Positions 1-11,935 of a stretch of 64,000 bases of DNA are shown here, one piece after another (within the stretch, counting starts at the first letter, position 1; each line of letters starts with the position of its first letter). The notes below the pieces were generated by a model. It did not search any database. It saw nothing but the letters and a program-made list of their open reading frames with translations, and was not told where the DNA came from. Made by a program: the position numbers and the translations under genes. This DNA comes from Phyllobates terribilis. Its lineage: Eukaryota. The stretch spans positions 158,782,001-158,846,000 of the forward strand of contig NW_027362762.1 in NCBI RefSeq assembly GCF_046119375.1. The letters are read 5' to 3'.

Positions 1-237
1 GAAGGGCATGGATGCCTTTCTTGAAAAATACAATATTACAGGTTATATATACTAGATTGCTTGATAGGGCGTTGATCCAGGGAACTAGTCTGATTGTCGT
101 ATGGAGTCGGGAAGGAATTTTTTCCCCAATGTGGAGCTTAGTGTTTGCCACATGGTTTTTTTTTGCCTTCCTCTGGATCAACATGTTAGGCTATGGGTTG
201 AACTAGATGGACTTAGTCTTCCTTCAACCTTAAAAAC
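1..237 (+). mobile_element. 3' end of a CR1-type LINE (fragment, 5' part outside the window)
   Basis: gaagggcatggatgcctttc...gatccagggaactagtctgattg...ggttgaactagatggacttagtcttccttcaacc resembles the CR1 RT C-terminus and 3' UTR pattern; recognised from memory, not by search. Confidence 0.55.
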
Positions 238-263
238 GATGTTACACCAAACTTTATATTTGC

Positions 264-625
264 CACAATTCAGTCAGGCAGATAACTTTCTCCTGACATT
301 TGCCAAACCCAACTCATCTATGAGACTGCCCTACAGAGAATTGTGTTGGTGATGTAAGGCTTGCATGCAGCTGTAAACCTGTGCCATGAGGCTCCTGTTG
401 CAGTTATTGTGCTGATGTTAATGCCAGAGGAAGTTTTTGAGTCAGAGTGTTGGTAACTTTTATGCATTATGCAGTATACGCCTCAGCACTTAAGATCCAG
501 CTCTGTAACTTTATGTAGTCTAAAACATCATGACTGAGTTGCTGTGGTCCCCAAATGCTTCCAGTTTTCAATAATGCCGCTCACAAATTAAGGTGGAAAA
601 TTTAGCAAATAAGAAATTTCACTTA
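264..625 (-). mobile_element. Decayed Tc1-like transposase fragment
   Basis: Shares sequence with the relic at 43358-44520 (ttggtgatgtaaggcttgcatgcagct vs ttggtgatgtaagacttgcctgcagct); no open frame. Confidence 0.5.
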
Positions 626-1830
626 AGGGGTTTTCCTATTGCACAGATTGCCCAAAGTTCGTTCTGTAGCAAAGCCTAAAGAAATCCCTAAACTGGTACA
701 GCATATAGCCCTGACAGCTATAATCATGACTTCACCTGGCTATATGGTCAATTGTAGCCTAATGTAGAGGCATAGGTAGGGATGGTGTCCTGACTTATGA
801 ATACGGCCGATAGCTTATGATTTTTTAAAAAGGTTGCTAGCTGGTTCCATTGGCTGACAAAGTTATGGAACCTCTATCTTAACGAGACAACTGCTTGAAG
901 CAGAAAACTGTTTAAATAGATCTATCTTATCTCATTCGTGACTGGTGATATTTAGCATACCTTATAGCGTTTTTTTTTTATTTTGTCATTTCTTTAAGAA
1001 TCTTATAAATCGGGGAAAAGTTTTCTTGCCTCTATTAAACCATCCCCAGATGCTTTCTTAAGACTTTAATGGGCTATAGGTTTGGGTCTCTCCTGATTGA
1101 AAACATGGTACAGCATACATATAGAAACAAATCAAGATCTATTACTTCTGGCTTCTTATATGAAGTGTTCCTCAAGCTGGACCAATGCCAAGTGTACTGA
1201 AACCTTATGGGTGTGATTGTGTAATGTAACATACGAGCGTTTTTCCTCATTTCCTGTTCTAACCGTCTGATTCATTAGTGCTGTACAATTTTAGTACAAA
1301 CTGTTTACAAAGGTGATTAGTAGGAAAATTACATATGAGTTTTCAAGTGGACCAAGTGGCATGGAACATTGAGATGTGGGGAGGTCACAGGGTGACTAGT
1401 CCCTGACACATGGCATTTCAGTATATAGATCAAAGTCTGAACGAGAAAGTACTACAGATAGATATATATGTTCAGCTATACAATCCTCATAAAATACAGA
1501 AAATACAGATGAAGTGGTTGTACATCTTCAATAACAGACACAAATCCAGTACAAAAAAGCAAAATAGACAGCGTCCACTCCAGGGTGATAGTGAAACAAA
1601 GTTGTCTTTTTACTCCACCATATACAGTACAAATCCAGTACAGTGACATATAATGATATATGTATACTAGATATTGAACCCATTCTGCGCCCGGGTAGCG
1701 AGCATTTTTATAGGCCAGAATCTATAAATGGAAAAGTGAACAGCTCTTCAGAGTGTCCAAGTGTGGGATCATTTGTCTCCGGGCACTCGGCATGGTGGGA
1801 GGAAGGAGGATTGGGGTGAGGAATATGTGG

Positions 1831-2118
1831 TCAAGACTCACGGCTACTGAGACTTGACCGTGTGGAAGAGATGGCGGTGGTGGTGGCTAAGTGACTGGAA
1901 GCTTTATCCGCTATCCAACCAACAACCTTTCGACACTGCTCTGGGTTTAATAGTGGTGTGCTGTGGTCCCCTAGGAATTGGGACAAGAAGGTTGGGCGAG
2001 AAGATGTGGGTGTTTGTTGTGGCACAATTTCAGCTTGCCCATGGCCTTGGCCTCGGCCTCTGCATGCACCATTACCATCACGTCCAGTTCCCCGTCCCTT
2101 GCCACACGCCTTGCCCAT
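1831..2118 (-). pseudogene. Truncated G/R-rich N-terminus of a hAT-type transposase (95 aa stub)
   Basis: MGKACGKGRGTGRDGNGACRGRGQG...VVGWIADKASS, ATG-initiated, just downstream of the internal array; family assignment from memory. Confidence 0.45.
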
Positions 2119-2186
2119 TTTAAATGGAGGACAATATCTTCCACGCTCACTACAAACGGCTGAATTTGGAGCGAAGTTATATGTAA

Positions 2187-2525
2187 TCCGTGTGATGGAG
2201 AAACCACAATTTTAAATATCTGGCCTGTAGGTAACTATTTTGAACAGCAAACCGGTGCCAAAAACTTTGCTGACACACTGAAAAAAAATTTGAATGGAGG
2301 CCAAAAATGGCAGTATTTTCAGCGCAATCATATGTTAATGTGATCCGTGTGACGGAGAAACCACAGTTTTAAATACCTGGCCTGTAGGTAACTATTTAGA
2401 ACAGCAAACCGGTGTCAAAAACTTCGCTGACACACTGAAAAAAAATTTGAATGGAGGCCAAAAATGGCAGTATTTTCTGAAAACGTATATGTCATCCGTG
2501 TGACGGAGAAACCACAGTTTTAAAT
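2187..2525. repeat. Tandem repeat, ~150-157-bp unit, ~2.2 copies
   Basis: tccgtgtga(t/c)ggagaaaccaca(a/g)ttttaaata recurs at ~2187, ~2344 and ~2494. Confidence 0.9.
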
Positions 2526-2976
2526 AGCTGAATTTTTATTGCTGTAATATGGAAAGGACCTGGCTGTATTCTGCAGTGCCAACAAGCAAATGGCGCAGAA
2601 AAATGGTGTTCTCTGGATTGCTTTATAAGTAAATAATGAGGATAAAATCCCCAAAAAATTATTCCTGGCCCCTGAGGCCTGGGCCTTTGTCTAGAAATAT
2701 CTAACAGCAGCAGAAGGCAGAACTGGAATGGAGCCTCTTGTGCTATATGCACTGCAGTCTGCTATATACACTGCCTGCCGGCCTATATACACTGCCTGCC
2801 TGATATCTCTGCAGATGGATTAGTCCTCAGAAGGACTGTTTGTTGAGATGGATATGTGTAATGTACTTGTTTTCTCCCTACACTACCTAATACACAACCA
2901 AATCTCTCCCTAGCTCAGCAGCACCTCTCCCTACAATGCCTGATTGCAGAGTAGACTGACGAGCACAGCGGCGCCA

Positions 2977-3019
2977 GGTCTTATATAGACCTGATGATGC
3001 TGTGCGGCCAGCCAATCAC
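2977..3019 (-). promoter_or_regulatory. Putative internal promoter of the hAT element (reverse CCAAT plus TATA-like box)
   Basis: Minus strand reads gtgattggc...tatataagacc; the same motif pair occurs at 50023-50064 in the other hAT element. Confidence 0.35.
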
Positions 3020-3104
3020 TGTAATGCCACAACCACCATGGCTGCGGCATTACAATGAGTGGCAGGCAATCCCTGCATGTTGATTGGCGCTCATCACTAA
3101 TATA

Positions 3105-4661
3105 CACTGCTCAAAAAAATACACTTAAACAACAGAATATAACTACAAATAAATCAAACTTCTGTGAAATCAAACTGTCCACTTAGGAAGCAACACTGAT
3201 TGACAATCAATTTCACATGCTGTTGTGCAAATGGAATAGAGAATATATGGAAATTATTCGCAATTATCAAGACACCCTCAATAAAGGAGCGGTTCTGCAG
3301 GTGGGGACCACAGACCACATCACAGTGCCAATGTTTTCCGGCTGACGTTTTGGTCACTTTTGAATGTTGGTTGTGCTTTCAAACTCGTGGTAGCATGAGA
3401 CGGACTCTACAACCCACAGAAGTTGCTCAGGTAGTGCAGCTCATCCAGGATGGCACATCAATGCGAGCTGTGGTAAGAAGGTTTGCTGTGTCTGTCAGCG
3501 TAGTGTCCACAGGCTGGAGGCGCTACCAGGAGACAGGCCAGTACACCAGGAGACGTGGAGGGGGCCGTAGGAGGGCAATAACCCAACAGCAGGACCGCTA
3601 CCTCCGCCTTAGTGCAAGGAGGAATAGGAGGAGCACTGCCAGAGCCCTGCAAAATGACCTCCAGCAGGCCACAAATGTGCATGTGTCTGCACAAACAGTT
3701 AGAAACCGACTCCATGAGGGTGGTATGAGGGTACGACATCCACAGATGGGGGTTGTGCTCACAGCCCAACACCGTGCAGGATGCTTGGCATTTGCCACAG
3801 AACACCAGGATTGGCAAAGTCGCCACTGGTGCCCGGTGCTCTTCACAGATGAAAGCAGTTTCACACTGAGCACATGTGACAGATGTGACAGAGTCTGGAG
3901 ACGCTGTGGAGCGTGATCTGCTGCCTGCAACATCCTTCAGTATGATCGGTTTGGCAGTGGGTCAGTAACGGTATGGGGTGGCATTTCTTTGGAGGGCCGC
4001 ACAGCCCTCCATGTGCTCGCCAGAGGTAGCCTGACTATCATTAGGTACCGAGATTAAATCCTCAGACTCCTTGTGAGACCATATGCTGGTGCGGTTGGCC
4101 CCGGGTTCCTCCTAATGCAGGACAATGCCAGACCTCATGTGGCTGGAGTGTGTCAGCAGTTCCTGCAAGATGAAGGCATTGAAACTATGGACTGGCCCGC
4201 CTTTTCCCCAGACCTGAATCCGATTGAGCACATCTGGGACATCATGTCTCGCTCCATCCACCAACGTCACGTTGCACCACAGACTGTCCAGGAGTTGGCA
4301 GATGCTTTATTCCATGTCTGGGAGGAGATTCCACAGGAGACCATCTGCAACCTCATCAGGAGCTTGCCCAGGCATTGTAGGGAGATCATACAGGCACGTG
4401 GAGGCCACACACAATACTGAGCCTCATTTTGACTTGTTTTAAGGACATTATATCAAAGTTGGATCAGCCTGTAGTGTGTTTTTCCACTTTAATTTTGGGG
4501 GTGACTCGAAATCCAGGCCTCCACTGGTTAATAAATTTGATTTCTATTGATGATTTTTGTGTGATTTTGGAGTCAGGATATTCAACTTTGTACATAACAA
4601 AGTATTCAATGAGAATATTTCATTCATTCAGATCTAGAATGTGTTATTTGAGTGTTCCCTT
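3105..4661 (+). mobile_element. Tc1-like DD34E transposon; the right TIR runs into the assembly gap
   Basis: TA + cactgctcaaaaaaat at 3105; right subterminal tgttatttgagtgttccctt ends at the gap; transposase inside. Confidence 0.93.
3395..4420 (+). pseudogene. Tc1 transposase (DD34E) with two in-frame stops
   Basis: [10 protein letters not shown]...FTDES...QDNARPH-(34)-PDLNPIEH...HTQY*. Stops at 3914-3916 (TGA) and 4055-4057 (TAA); the frame is continuous. Confidence 0.92.
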
Positions 4662-4810
4662 NNNNNNNNNNNNNNNNNNNNNNNNNNNNNNNNNNNNNNN
4701 NNNNNNNNNNNNNNNNNNNNNNNNNNNNNNNNNNNNNNNNNNNNNNNNNNNNNNNNNNNNNNNNNNNNNNNNNNNNNNNNNNNNNNNNNNNNNNNNNNNN
4801 NNNNNNNNNN
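4662..4810. other. Assembly gap (149 N)
   Basis: Run of N between two Tc1 termini. Confidence 0.99.
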
Positions 4811-6377
<1,567 letters not shown>

Positions 6378-6391
6378 TATATATATATATA
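6378..6391. repeat. (TA)n microsatellite between two Tc1 elements
   Basis: tatatatatatata. Confidence 0.9.
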
Positions 6392-8015
6392 CAGTACAGA
6401 CTAAAAGTTTGGACATACCTTCTCATTTAAAGATTTTTCTGTATTTTCATGACTATGAAAATTGTACGTTCACACTGAAGGCATCAAAACTATGAATTAA
6501 CACATGTGGAATTATATACTTAACAAAAAAGTGTGAAACAACTGAAAATATGTCTTGTATTTTAGGTTCTTCAAAGTAGCCACCTTTTGCTTTGATAACT
6601 GCTTTGCACACTCTTGGCATTCTCTTGATGAGCTTCAAGAGGTAGTCACCGGAAATGGTCTTCCAACAATCTTGAAGGAGTTCCCAGAGATGCTTAGCAC
6701 TTGTTGACCCTTTTGCCTTCACTCTGCAGTTCAGCTCACCCCAAACCATCTCGATTGGGTTCAGGTCTGGTGACTGTGGAGGCCAGGTCATCTGGCGTAG
6801 CACCCCATCACTCTCATTCTTGGTCAAATAGCCCTTACACAGCCTGGAGGTGTGTTTGGGGTCATTGTCCTGTTGAAAAATAAATGATAGTCCAACTAAA
6901 CACAAACCGGATGGAATAGCATGCCGCTGCAAGATGCTGTGGCAGCCATGCTGGTTCAGTATGCCTTCAATTTTGAATAAATCCCCAACAGTGTCACTAG
7001 CAAAGCACCCCCACACCATCACACCTCGTCCTCCATGCTTCACGGTGGGAACCAGGCATGTAGAGTCCATCCGTTCACCTTTTCTGCGTCGCACAAAGAC
7101 ACGGTGGTTGGAACCAAAGATCTCAAATTTGGACTCATCAGACCAAAGCACGGATTTCCACTGGTCTAATGTCCATTCCTTGTGTTCTTTAGCCAAAACA
7201 AGTCTCTTCTGTTTGTTGCCTGTCCTTAGCAGTGGTTTCCTAGCAGCTATTTTAGCATGAAGGCCTGCTGCACAAAGTCTCCTCTTAACAGTTGTTGTAG
7301 AGATGTGTCTGCTGCTAGAACTCTGTGTGGGATTGTCCTGGTCTCTAATCTGAGCTGCTGTTAACCTGCGATTTCTGAGGCTGGTGACTCGGATAAACTT
7401 ATCCTCAAAAGCAGAGGTGACTGTTGGTCTTCCTTTCCTGGGGCGGTCATCATGTGAGCAAGTTTCTTTGTAGCGCTTGATGGTTTTTGCAACTGCACTT
7501 GGGGACACTTTCAAAGTTTTCCCAATTTTTCGGACTGACTGACCTTCATTTCATAAAGTAATGATGGCCACTCGTTTTTCTTTACTCAGCTGCTTTTTTC
7601 TTTCCATAATACAAATTCTAACAGTCTATTCAGTAGGACTATCATCTGTGTATCCACCAGACTTCTGCACAACACAAATGATGGTCCCAACCCCATTTAT
7701 AAGGCAAGTAATCCCACTTATTAAACCTGACAGGGCACACCTGTGAAGTGAAAACCATTTCCGGTGACTACCTCTTGAAGCTCATCAAGAGAATGCCAAG
7801 AGTGTGCAAAGCAGTCATCAAAGCAAAAGGTGGCTACTTTGAACAACCTAGAATATAAGACATATTTTCAGTTGTTTCACACTTTTTTGTTAAGTATATA
7901 ATTCCACATGAGTTAATTCATAGTTCTGATGCCTTTAGTGTGAATGTACAATTTTCATAGTCAGGAAAATACCGAAAAATCTTTAAATGAGAAGGTGTGG
8001 CCAAACTTTTGGTCT

Positions 8016-8020
<5 letters not shown>
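6392..8020 (-). mobile_element. Tc1-like DD38E (Intruder-type) transposon with ~270-bp TIRs
   Basis: cagtacagactaaaagtttggaca...ggaaatggt (6392-~6660) is inverted at accatttccgg...aaacttttggtctgtact (~7754-8020); second D and E are 38 residues apart. Confidence 0.92.
6453..7607 (-). pseudogene. DD38E transposase with an early nonsense codon and a lost native stop
   Basis: ATG at 7607, TGA at 7551-7553 (codon 19), WSDES, QDNDPKH-(38)-PDLNPIEM; reads past the EEP(R/K)I* end seen in the sister copy. Confidence 0.88.

Positions 8021-8063
<43 letters not shown>
8020..8063. repeat. (TA)n microsatellite
   Basis: ~22 TA units directly after the TIR. Confidence 0.97.
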
Positions 8064-8066
<3 letters not shown>

Positions 8067-8373
8067 GCAGTGACTGGAAAAGTCATGGATGGTGTAAAGG
8101 TTTCACCTCGGTTCCTCACCTATATATGGTGAAAAGGTCCAAGTTAGTCTCTCAGTATGGACTTGGAGGTTCAGTAGTGAACTGGGATGGAGCCTTCATT
8201 CCTAGTCCACTACTTTTTTTCTTTTACTACTGTCTCATTATTAAACGCAGCTGGACTGAGGCCTATGGGGATCTCTAGCTGGACATAGTGTGGTCTCTCT
8301 CTGGGTGACTGTTCTCAAATTAGAGGTACAGGTTACTACTGTTTTGTGACAGACAGGAAAGTCATACGTTTTA

Positions 8374-8645
8374 GGCTATGTTCACACACATGCTTTTTTC
8401 TGCAGCTAAATCTGCTGCAAATCTGCTGACAACTTTTCTCTGGTAGGAAAACAGCTGCGTCAAAAATGCCGGTTTTGCTGCTTTTTTTTGAGCGTTTTTT
8501 TCACTGTCCTTCTGTCTCTATTCATGCATGAACATAAAGTTTTGTGAAAAAAAAAATCTCATTCTGTTTTTGGCATAGTGGGGGAGGTGAATTGTTCAGG
8601 AATGGTTTAGACACTGGCAATGCAAGTGCTCAGTTGAGCAGGATT
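8374..8645. mobile_element. PIF/Harbinger-type MITE fragment
   Basis: tta + ggctatgttcacac terminus; internal similarity to 31370-32165; other end not seen. Confidence 0.5.
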
Positions 8646-8840
8646 ATGTTAAGTTAGTTTTGTTTTGGATCTTACAACGGTATGTTGGTTCCCTGTACTC
8701 AATCTACGTTAATAAAAGACAGAAAGGGACCAAGTTTGGACATTTTAACCTGTCTGTGTCTTTGTCACACTAACCAGTGAGCTACATCCGCACAATATGT
8801 ATATACACATATAGATAGATGGATGGATAAAGAAACCATG

Positions 8841-8990
8841 AATCTAGGCAGCACAAGATTCAGATGCAAAGCTTGACGAGGGCTCAACTGTTAATGAGCC
8901 GAAACGTGGCCACTCTGCACATGGGCAAATAAACCACTGGATTTTTTTTTATCTGAATCTTCTAGATTGCTGCCTACATTTAATGTTTTT
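8841..8990 (+). other. Small inverted-repeat element with a degenerate hammerhead-like core (Penelope-type relic)
   Basis: ttgacga-gggctc/gagcc stem-gaaac-gtggccac-tc at 8873-8915; arms aatctaggcagca...agattcagat and atctgaatct...tgctgcctacatt. Confidence 0.4.
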
Positions 8991-9000
8991 TCTATCTTAA

Positions 9001-9440
9001 AGGGGTTGTCCGGCCTTACGGTACAAGTCTGCAGTTACGATATGTGACTGCAGACTTGTGAATCCTTACATCACATGTACTGCGTGCTGTAAGGAATCTC
9101 CAGTGCCGGCGTCGGGAGTAGCGGGAGCGTGACCGCAAGTATGTAATTTGCATACAAGCAGACACCGTTGCTGGCACCAAGAGCAGCAGTCACATGACCG
9201 CAGGTATGTGATTTCCATGCAAGCAGTCACGTGCCTACTAGACATGCATGACCTCGCTCAATGCAAGTGCATTAAGCAAGGCTGGACACGTCTAGTTGGA
9301 ATGTGGCCGGAAGTATGCAAATCACATACTTGCAGTCTTATTACCACCCGCTACTGGCATCAGACACTGGAGAGTGCGAGCTATGTGAGGATTCACAAGT
9401 CTGCAGTCACATAGAAGGACTACACACTTGTACCCTAAAT
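9001..9440. mobile_element. T2/Kolobok-type palindromic MITE (right tip decayed)
   Basis: TTAA + aggggttgtcc terminus; long inverted arms (gtacaagt...gacttgtgaatcct vs aggattcacaagtc...acttgtac). Confidence 0.65.
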
Positions 9441-11273
9441 AGTTGTTTTGGGTTACAACTGGTGGGCATACACAGAATCACTATATTGGACTTGTATTGC
9501 TTTCTTCCTTTTTTTTCCAGCTAGATATATACTCAAAATGTGATTAATAGATAGATATTAGATAGACTCAACAAACAGTACACAGAAAATATAAGAATTG
9601 AGCATCCAAATCAAAGTACAAGTTTAATAGGAACTACCATGCTCTCTCTTTCCACTCTGTGCACCACAGTCTGAAGTCCATTTGGTACAACATGTCAGGA
9701 ACCTCTGAACTTGGACATACCCAAAGCACGCTGCATGCCAATAATAATTATTATCTTGTTCGCTCATAATTGTGATAATCTACAATGAAAAGGTATGTGG
9801 AGATGTCCATTTTTTACATTTAACATATCTACCTGTTAGTGGTACTGCCTCCACCTCGAGGTTCACAGGCTACAGATGTCTTCCATCTTCTATGTATATC
9901 TGTAATATAGATTTTGAGTCAGAGCAATGGCCCTATAAATCTGTACCTACAGATTGGACAATCCAAGAATTCAGTCATGAATCATCATCATTTTGGGTCC
10001 CAATGATTATTTTTGTAAATTAACCAATAACCCTCCAGAATTTTTCAGTATAATAATTCCCATAGAAAATCACGGCATTGCCATTTACAGCCTCCAGTTT
10101 GGAGCATTGTAGATGCAGGCACATACTTAAGAACCATACAGGGATATGATAGACATTGACAGCTGTATTAATAACACAAATCTTTTCTCATAGGAATGGA
10201 ACTAAGAGAAGGAGCCAACATTCCACATACTAATCCTCATACTGCCGTACAGATCTAAGACAGAGCGAAAATAAAGGTGACAGTATTTGTTCACATGAGT
10301 AAGTACACAATGGAAATATCTATCAGAATTACCCTTTATTTGGGACCATGAAACCCCCATTTAAGGACCTGAATGTAAAAGAATTAAAGAGCGTTATGCT
10401 CGGATCGTTCTCTGTTCTGTAGTGCTGGAATTTTATTAGTATTAAGCTTCAGTTAAATAACTTTCTTAATGGGGTTGACTGAGATTAGAAAGAGTTTCTT
10501 TTTTCCAAGGTCAGGAGAGAGACTGGCTTTTTAAGGCAAAGCTCCATGGAAAAAAAATTGCAAAGTAGCTCATGTCAGAGACCCATCTGGAGACAGCACT
10601 GCTTCTTTATTTTTCCTTATGAGCATGAAGTCATGCTTTCTCCACCAAAGTGCAAAAAATACGCATGTGATGAGATCCTTTGTAAGCCAGAAGAGAAGGG
10701 TCTCTAAGAAAGCTAATCAATCCTCTGGATTAGAAGACCACAGTAAGGAAATAGGTAGCTTTCCCCTGGCCAAAGCGGGAATTAAAAAATTCCTTTACTT
10801 ATCCAGAAAGCCGAGAATGGAGGTGAGTGTGCTTAAATGTGTGAAAAAGAAGGGTGGTGCAGTGCAAATGTGCCATAACTCAAGTATGGTCATAACTCCC
10901 AGTGAGTTAAGCCACCCAAGAGTCACGACGACTGGGACACTTCAGTACCTCGGACTTTTAAACAACTCGTTCTCATGGCGCTGCTCCTGAAGGTCAGTGC
11001 CATGCACAGGATGACTATATAGGCCACTCTGCTTGCACCACAAAGCTTCCTCCAGTGTGTAATAATGTATATACCCTACAAAAATGGTCCTGGCTTAGCT
11101 GCTGATAAGAACAGTTGATTTTAGTCAAAAGCCTGATTCGGGGTTCTTGCCTTCTTCCCAAAGAACATTGCCTTGAAAACAAGTCTAGTAGTAGTAGTTT
11201 GGTCTCTTCACTGACAACCATTATCCATCTGAGATGCATCTAAGGCACCTTATTTGGACAATCAGTACCCTGC

Positions 11274-11320
11274 TCTGTACTGATGAGGGGCAACGACCTC
11301 CAAATAGTGATGTCTATAGA
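11274..11320 (+). ncRNA. Degenerate type-I hammerhead ribozyme motif (probably inactive)
   Basis: Stem I tctgta/tataga, CTGATGA, stem II gggg/cctc, caaat in place of GAAAC, GTC cleavage triplet at 11312-11314. Confidence 0.55.
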
Positions 11321-11804
11321 TGGCTCTCTGCTTTGAGCTATTTTGCATATTTGTCTTTGCTGCCCATTCTCTATACTTATTATTGCAGCTCAGCGTTATT
11401 CACTTGAACTACAACCCCTAGAACTATAGCCATGCTATTCTACATTGATGGGAAATAGCCATGGGCCATTAGGAGTCTGGCAACTGCTTATTCCACTTTC
11501 CCCATTGAGAACATACATGTTTGTATGGTGCGATTGGGAGAGATAGTTGTCGGCCAAACAAACAATTGGCAAAACGTTTTAACAAGTTAACTCTGTCCCA
11601 TTTTCCAGTAACTGAAGGTATCTTCCTCTCATCAATGGAAAGTTGAGGAGTTCTATATTAAAGTGAAGCTCCATGTTTCTAGTCTGATATTAAAGCTAAA
11701 AAAGAGCTTTTTTCATTGCTTCAGTCAGTTTTAACATGAGAACATCTTAATTACGTGGTGTATATACCTAATTCCCAATGCCATGTCAATATCTCATTAA
11801 GAAT

Positions 11805-11935
11805 ATATTATTTTTAAAATTCCTAATTATATAGCGCCAACGTATTCCTCATTGCTTTACAGACATTGTCATCACTGGACCAGTGGGTCTCACATCAGTA
11901 TTTGGGAGAACCCAGAGGAAACCTACGCTAGCTCT
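11805..11935 (-). mobile_element. Decayed SINE fragment (same type as 33787-34061)
   Basis: tatatagcgccaac...ctttacagaca...gagaacccagaggaaacctacgc is the reverse complement of the SINE tail and core. Confidence 0.5.

Larger units (their letters stand above)
1831..3099 (-). mobile_element. 5' part of a hAT-type element: TIR, promoter-like segment, ~155-bp tandem repeats, N-terminal coding stub
   Basis: TIR gctcatcacta at 3089-3099 is the same terminus type as the hAT MITEs at 21551, 26669, 45016 and the element at 49649. Layout parallels the 49649 element. Confidence 0.6.

Noticed and set aside
1665-1830. Possible Helitron/Helentron end (actagat...cccggg)
   Set aside because: Only one short motif; no partner end or clear hairpin.
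10500-11250. ORFs 10619..10990 and 11015..11239
   Set aside because: Non-repetitive-looking, but no recognisable protein motif; lengths are compatible with chance.
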